This document shows positions 58,969 through 64,000 of a DNA stretch of 64,000 bases, piece by piece (positions within the stretch are counted from its first letter, which is position 1; every line of letters begins with the position of its first letter). Where the stretch lies: IMG/VR virus record IMGVR_UViG_3300033463_000042, positions 50,309 to 114,308 of that record. One strand, 5' to 3'. The notes under the pieces are model-generated. The model worked only from the letters and a program-made list of their open reading frames with translations. It did no database searches and was not told where the DNA came from. The position numbers were made by a program, and so were the translations under genes. The DNA comes from a virus (Duplodnaviria > Caudoviricetes).

Positions 58969-59490
58969 TCATGTGAGGTTGGTGATTCCTCTGAGCTGAC
59001 TAGGAATAGCATACTCTGCACCGATGTTGTTAGCAGCATCACTATTCTGGTTAACATTCTTAACGAAGTTATTCAGCTCTGAGAGAAGCTTAGCTGCTGC
59101 GGGAAGCTGTCCCTTGATTGAGATAAGAGCATCCATTGGTTCTGCTCTCAGACCATTGAGAAGTCCGAAGAATACGAGCTGATTGATTACTTCAATACAC
59201 TCTGTGATCTTCTTAACAGAAGCCTCATCAAACTTTGTATTGATCTTTCTACCACATACGCGGCAGTAAAGTTCACCCTGCTCATTTCTATAAACAGACG
59301 GACGATACTCTCCGTTATCATATATGATATGAACACAACGCTTCTTGATCTCCTTGATATAATCAGGCTCGTTCTGCTTGCCGATTATAGGATTAGTCTT
59401 CTGTGTGATATCGATCTTGGTCATCTCATAGATGATTGGCTTTACGATAGCATCCACACTGGGATTGATCTCAAGTCTATTCTGTGCCAT
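58969..59490 (-). CDS. Hypothetical protein with Zn-ribbon-like CVH..CRVC, tubulin operon gene 4
   Basis: RBS AGGAGGT; high-expression codon bias. Confidence 0.75.
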   Translation of the reverse strand: MAQNRLEINPSVDAIVKPIIYEMTKIDITQKTNPIIGKQNEPDYIKEIKKRCVHIIYDNGEYRPSVYRNEQGELYCRVCGRKINTKFDEASVKKITECIEVINQLVFFGLLNGLRAEPMDALISIKGQLPAAAKLLSELNNFVKNVNQNSDAANNIGAEYAIPSQLRGITNLT

Positions 59491-59508
59491 TGTTAGTACC
59501 TCCTAAAG

Positions 59509-60456
59509 TTAGTTAATAACCTGCTTAGCTACTGCTAAGAGATTTGAATATGTGTTACCACAGCTCTTAGGATTGATGAACTTTGTATCAATCTTAGGAG
59601 AGTTGGTACGATAAGTAGATATAAGGAAGCTATAGATTGCCTGAGCAGGAATACTATTGAGCCTCTTATAAACCCATCTTGTGAGTGAATCAAGGAATGC
59701 CTGCTGGTTTGTTGTGGGCTTTCCAGGAATATCACTCTGCTCAAGAAGCAGTGATTCTCTAATGAGATTGGAAGGATCTGGAACAAGTTCAGGAACATCG
59801 AAGAGATCTGCTGTAACAGGGAAGTCGCTTGCGAGAATCTCTGTAAGTGTATCCTTGTTATTCTGAACGATGCTAGCTGCGATTGCGATGTTCTGATTCT
59901 CTGTGAGAGCGTTGTTACATCTTACTGCAACATATGCACCAAGTCCGCCGAGGAGTGCTCTGATAGCATTCATGATGTGAAGGATTGGCTCAAGAGGATC
60001 CTTGTTAACAGTTGGAGCTGCAGGAACTTCTGTAACCTTCTCACCCTTCTTATCAACAGCTGTCTTAGCAGGCTTCTCAACCTTGATGTTCTCTTCCATC
60101 CATTCACTAGTTATCTTACACAGATAAGCTCCAGTGATACAGCATTCCTCACGGTTGTTAGTCTTACCGAGATACTGCATAAGAATGTTGATGAAGATTG
60201 GATCCATTGCATGCTTCTTAAGAGATGCATGTAATCCCTGAGCATGGCTATCGGTCTCCATATCCGCAGCGAGAATGTAAGCTGAGAGTCTGGGAACTCT
60301 TCTTACTATGTCAGAATAGAGCATGTCTCTCGCATTCTGCATAATGATAATCTTCTCCTGTGGAGAATTCGTGATTGGAGCACCGATGCTCTGCAGATAT
60401 GACTGTACTGAGTGAAGTACGATCATATCTGAGTCGGTGATTCTGTTTGGAATCAT
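59509..60456 (-). CDS. Hypothetical helical protein, tubulin operon gene 3 (start MIPNR)
   Basis: RBS AAGGAGG; high-expression codon bias. Confidence 0.75.
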   Translation of the reverse strand: MIPNRITDSDMIVLHSVQSYLQSIGAPITNSPQEKIIIMQNARDMLYSDIVRRVPRLSAYILAADMETDSHAQGLHASLKKHAMDPIFINILMQYLGKTNNREECCITGAYLCKITSEWMEENIKVEKPAKTAVDKKGEKVTEVPAAPTVNKDPLEPILHIMNAIRALLGGLGAYVAVRCNNALTENQNIAIAASIVQNNKDTLTEILASDFPVTADLFDVPELVPDPSNLIRESLLLEQSDIPGKPTTNQQAFLDSLTRWVYKRLNSIPAQAIYSFLISTYRTNSPKIDTKFINPKSCGNTYSNLLAVAKQVIN

Positions 60457-60550
60457 TTGTATTTCCTCCTTAGATTTATTTGATATTCCTCTGTTGAGTA
60501 TATCGCATAAATTATGTATATACCTTTCCAAAGAAAATCATAAACTTATG

Positions 60551-61645
60551 TTACTTTGTCCACTTGAACTTCTTGATTGCTGAAGTACCATCTCCACCTT
60601 TAACGGTTTCAACAGATGCTCTCTTCTGCTTCATGAATGTAGGACGTACACCACGCTTTACTCCGTCACCAAGACCAGCAGTTTCTTTGTAGTCACCATT
60701 GATCTCTTTGATCTCTGAACGTGGTAAGCCAGCTATGATAACTGAAGCTGACATCATGCCATCGTTATCATCCTTAACGATATTACGATAATTATCGAAT
60801 ACCTTTTCAGGATCTATACGACGATCTATTTCACCGAATACATTCTTGAAATCAACATCAGCAAACATTGACTTCAAACCAAATGCAGTTACAAGTGTAT
60901 TATCGTTAACCTCTTCAGGCTTCCACATTGGCTGGGAACCAACGAAGAGTTTACGTGTAATCTCTTTCTGGAGAATCTGTAAAGATGAAGCTTCTGCTTG
61001 TACAGCCATGATTCTACCAGGCATCTCAAGTAATTTGTCAAGATCTGAATCGTCAATAGAATCGAGATCAGTAGCGTCATATCTCTTACCGAACAGAAGT
61101 TCTATCATTTCAACAACCTCTGTATTTATAGGAGTATAATCTGCATCACCCTTTCTATTCTCAAAGATAGCATATGTCTTGATACCTATCTCAGAGAGAT
61201 CAACGAAGAGATCATTTGTGTTGAGATGGAATGCAGCTGGGTCTTTCTTATTTGGACAGATTATTATTGGTATAACGTCAATGCCCTTTTTAATGAGTGC
61301 ATCACAGAATGGAACTGTGGAACCTGAACCTGTACCACCTGCAGCTGATGTAATAACTATTACAGGAGTCTTACATTCAGAAGCAGCTTTGTACATTTCA
61401 TCAAAAGCATGATTCTCTTCATGGAATAAGTACATTGCTTTACCACGTTCACGGTCTCTACCTGAACCACTCTTCTCATCAGAGATGATCGGTATGAACG
61501 TTACATCATTGATTGAGTCAAGATCCATATTAGTCATCACACTATCGATAGCATAATATGTAATGTTATCGAGCTTTGATGATAATGCAGCCATCTTAAC
61601 TACATTAGTGCCTGTGTTACCTAAGCCTACGACCATATTCTTCAT
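60551..61645 (-). CDS. Tubulin/FtsZ-family GTPase (PhuZ/TubZ-like)
   Basis: VVGLGNTG (T1), SGSGRDRERGK (T3), SAAGGTGSG (T4 signature), SIDDSDL (T7); basic C-terminal tail. Confidence 0.9.
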   Translation of the reverse strand: MKNMVVGLGNTGTNVVKMAALSSKLDNITYYAIDSVMTNMDLDSINDVTFIPIISDEKSGSGRDRERGKAMYLFHEENHAFDEMYKAASECKTPVIVITSAAGGTGSGSTVPFCDALIKKGIDVIPIIICPNKKDPAAFHLNTNDLFVDLSEIGIKTYAIFENRKGDADYTPINTEVVEMIELLFGKRYDATDLDSIDDSDLDKLLEMPGRIMAVQAEASSLQILQKEITRKLFVGSQPMWKPEEVNDNTLVTAFGLKSMFADVDFKNVFGEIDRRIDPEKVFDNYRNIVKDDNDGMMSASVIIAGLPRSEIKEINGDYKETAGLGDGVKRGVRPTFMKQKRASVETVKGGDGTSAIKKFKWTK

Positions 61646-61678
61646 TTTAAATGCCTCCTTAGAGATTTAATATGAAAA

Positions 61679-61722
61679 CCCGTCGTCAACAGATTTCTGA
61701 AGTCTTTGTTTATGACAACGGG
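61679..61722 (-). promoter_or_regulatory. Long intergenic stem-loop upstream of the tubulin gene
   Basis: cccgtcgtca...aacagattt-ctg-aagtctttgtt...tgacaacggg; no U tract. Confidence 0.55.
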
Positions 61723-61732
61723 CAATCATCAA

Positions 61733-62416
61733 TTAAAACTTTTTGGAATCATCTTTCAGATACTGCTTAACAAATGCCAGAGGTGACAGTACAATCTTAT
61801 CTTCGATAACATCTATCTCGAAGATATTATACATGTTGATTGTCTCCTTCAGTTCTCTAGCGAGTGTGATACCTGCAGCATAAGTTGCACCAAGTATCGG
61901 ATAGATTGCAGCTGAGATCATCATATTGATTCCATAGTGATTAAGCACTTCATCAAATACTTTGTTCTCTATACCTGTAAGAGCTTCCATTGCGTATACG
62001 GATCTCCAAGAGTTATATGACTCAAGGAGTTTATCATGATAGGAAACACCCAGTGTCATCTGCTGGGTATCATGATCTTGGAATAAAGGTGTCTTCGAAT
62101 GATACATCTGAGGTACGATATTGGTACACTTATCAGACTCAGTATGTTCAGTGATATACTCAATGCTCACACCACATACATCAGCTCTACATTCCTCAAG
62201 ATTCTCCGAACCCATCTGCTTGAGAATCTCTTTCCAACCCGTTGTGAAGATGATCGGAATATGAGAATGGTCATATATGTTTACACCAAACTCTTTCTTC
62301 ATGAGACCTGCGGCTATCTCAGGAATCCTGTGCATAAGGATCTCATTATCCTTAAATGGCTTCATGAAGATTTCTCTTCGCTGATTGTAGTCAACTGTGG
62401 TTTTTGTGTTTTCCAT
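61733..62416 (-). CDS. Hypothetical protein, tubulin operon gene 1 (possible HU-like DNA-binding fold)
   Basis: RBS AAGGAAAGG; fold call is only a weak visual resemblance. Confidence 0.7.
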   Translation of the reverse strand: MENTKTTVDYNQRREIFMKPFKDNEILMHRIPEIAAGLMKKEFGVNIYDHSHIPIIFTTGWKEILKQMGSENLEECRADVCGVSIEYITEHTESDKCTNIVPQMYHSKTPLFQDHDTQQMTLGVSYHDKLLESYNSWRSVYAMEALTGIENKVFDEVLNHYGINMMISAAIYPILGATYAAGITLARELKETINMYNIFEIDVIEDKIVLSPLAFVKQYLKDDSKKF

Positions 62417-62478
62417 ACTTTGATCAACCTTTCCTTATTTATTATTTGATACATCACACTGTGATATAGTATCATCAG

Positions 62479-62522
62479 AATTATATATGTCTTTAAATCA
62501 TTTATTTTAAAGATATATTATT
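62479..62522. promoter_or_regulatory. Back-to-back early/middle promoters for the tubulin operon (-) and sbcC (+)
   Basis: aattatatatgtctttaaa ... tttaaagatatattatt inverted pair. Confidence 0.65.
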
Positions 62523-62573
62523 CCCCTGATATACATAGAAAGTATATACGTATTTAAAAGGAGAAAAATAGAA

Positions 62574-64000
62574 ATGAAAATAGTATATATAAAACTGACT
62601 AACTTCATTGGTGTTAATGCAGCAATGGGTGTAAGAGAAGTCGAGTTTTCTTTCGATAAGATTGATAAACCAATCATCCAGATATACGGAAAGAATCGGT
62701 GTGGTAAGACTGTACTGATTCAACAACTTCATCCATTCAGTAGTATTAACTTGAATGGTGATGAACGTAGCGACTTACCACTGATTCTTCCAAAGGAGAC
62801 TGGTATAAAAAATATTGTATACGAAGTAGACGGAGATGTATATAACATCACGCATACTTACACACCGACTAAAACAGGACATTCAATTGCATCATCCATA
62901 TTAAAGAATGGAGAAGAATTGAATCCTAGTGGTGGTGTAACAATATTCAACACCCTTATTGAAAAGATACTCGGTATCAATAAGTATGTATTCCAATTTA
63001 TATTAAATGGAACTCAGTTATGTTCCTTTGGTAACATGTCCACTGTACAAAGAAAGAACCTATTGAACAAGGCTCTTGGTATTGATATCTATGATAAGAT
63101 TCATAAGTTATCGACAGAGGATTATCGTTATACAAATAAGCTCATAACTTCGTTAAACAATACAAAGGAATATATCTTGTCACAATATGGTTCATATGAG
63201 AATCTATCTGCAATGTTGAATCAGAAACAACTCCAACACACATCTCTCTCAACCGACATTCTGAATACAAAAGAAAAAATAGATACCATTAAAGGATTTA
63301 TGGCTTCTATAAATAATCAGAATCCTGCCCAGGAGTTGATGGGTGTTAATAACCAGATCAACACCTACAATAGTGTCGTATCTGAGTTGGGTTCATACGA
63401 TCCAAATATGTATGACAAGCTTGTTGATGAACAGATGGAACTCAATGCTAGACTGAATTCATTAAAAAGTGAACGTACAATAATCAAGAAAGATATCGAT
63501 GTATTATATGATAAAAGAAATGATATCAATAATACAATGCTCGCTAGCAAGAGAGCTTCTGATGATTTACATAATATGATTAGAATGAAAGAAGACTTGG
63601 TTGAAAAGATTAAGAATATCAATATTGAATTATCAACACAAGGTTCATCTTCATATTATAAGAGCATGATTCAATTGGCACAAGCAATCAACGATATGTG
63701 TACTGAGATACAATCATGTTTAAATGAAAAACATCTGAAATTATTCACTGAGATGGTTTGTGATGGTGTAGATGTATCAGCATTCTTGATGCAAGAGGGT
63801 TCTGTATTATTGGACTCCGAGAAAGAAATGTCTGCAGTTGCACGTGTCAAGAGTATGATTGAAACTGTACGTGGTGAATGGGTCGATGGTAAATGTCCTT
63901 ATGAGGAATGCATATATCGTAAAACTCATAACATGCTGGAGACTTACTTCAAATCATATCAGAGTACAACTGAATCACAATATACTCAGTATGATTTAGA
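62574..64000 (+). CDS. sbcC: SbcC/Rad50-like SMC ATPase, 5' part (runs off the window; absent from the ORF track)
   Basis: MKIVYIKLTNF, Walker A YGKNRCGKT, long coiled coil, Zn-hook-like CPYEEC near 63895; RBS AAAGGAG. Confidence 0.85.
   Translation, partial: MKIVYIKLTNFIGVNAAMGVREVEFSFDKIDKPIIQIYGKNRCGKTVLIQQLHPFSSINLNGDERSDLPLILPKETGIKNIVYEVDGDVYNITHTYTPTKTGHSIASSILKNGEELNPSGGVTIFNTLIEKILGINKYVFQFILNGTQLCSFGNMSTVQRKNLLNKALGIDIYDKIHKLSTEDYRYTNKLITSLNNTKEYILSQYGSYENLSAMLNQKQLQHTSLSTDILNTKEKIDTIKGFMASINNQNPAQELMGVNNQINTYNSVVSELGSYDPNMYDKLVDEQMELNARLNSLKSERTIIKKDIDVLYDKRNDINNTMLASKRASDDLHNMIRMKEDLVEKIKNINIELSTQGSSSYYKSMIQLAQAINDMCTEIQSCLNEKHLKLFTEMVCDGVDVSAFLMQEGSVLLDSEKEMSAVARVKSMIETVRGEWVDGKCPYEECIYRKTHNMLETYFKSYQSTTESQYTQYDL

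Noticed and set aside
127-63622. The many short antisense or alternative-frame ORFs in the track
   Set aside because: They lie inside longer genes, lack RBSs and are explained as shadows of codon bias
1-64000. Stop-codon reassignment (alternative genetic code)
   Set aside because: Long genes are intact in code 11, and TAA, TAG and TGA all end genes next to RBSs or terminators

Overview
This is a 64-kb segment of an AT-rich phiKZ/AR9(PBS1)-like jumbo myophage in standard genetic code. Strong AGGAGG-type RBSs suggest a Bacillota host (inference). Core genes: three dispersed split multisubunit RNA polymerase subunits (beta-prime N half with DYDGD, beta-prime C half, beta C half), a lone GyrB, large terminase, portal, a very large tail sheath with its tube, an SF2 helicase, the 5' part of an SbcC/Rad50 ATPase, a minimal PolB-like palm protein, and a PhuZ/TubZ-type tubulin in a four-gene operon. 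The first ~20 kb holds two tandem, diverged copies of a tail-fibre/adhesin cassette. Their ALK/LTK-type glycine-rich scaffolds carry different lectin-like domains inserted at one fixed site, in one case nested inside one another. Two promoter motifs can be read from the DNA: ATATATTATT before early/accessory genes and AAC-N7-TAA before structural genes. Many GGGGC-loop-GCCCC terminators are present. The least explained parts are a cluster of ORF-less, highly structured putative ncRNAs at ~28.5-30.0 kb, the tubulin operon, and early accessory proteins that look like host mimics (alpha-CTD-like, FlbD/SwrD-like, BCS1-like AAA with an acidic membrane protein). All calls are from visual motif recognition; no searches were run.
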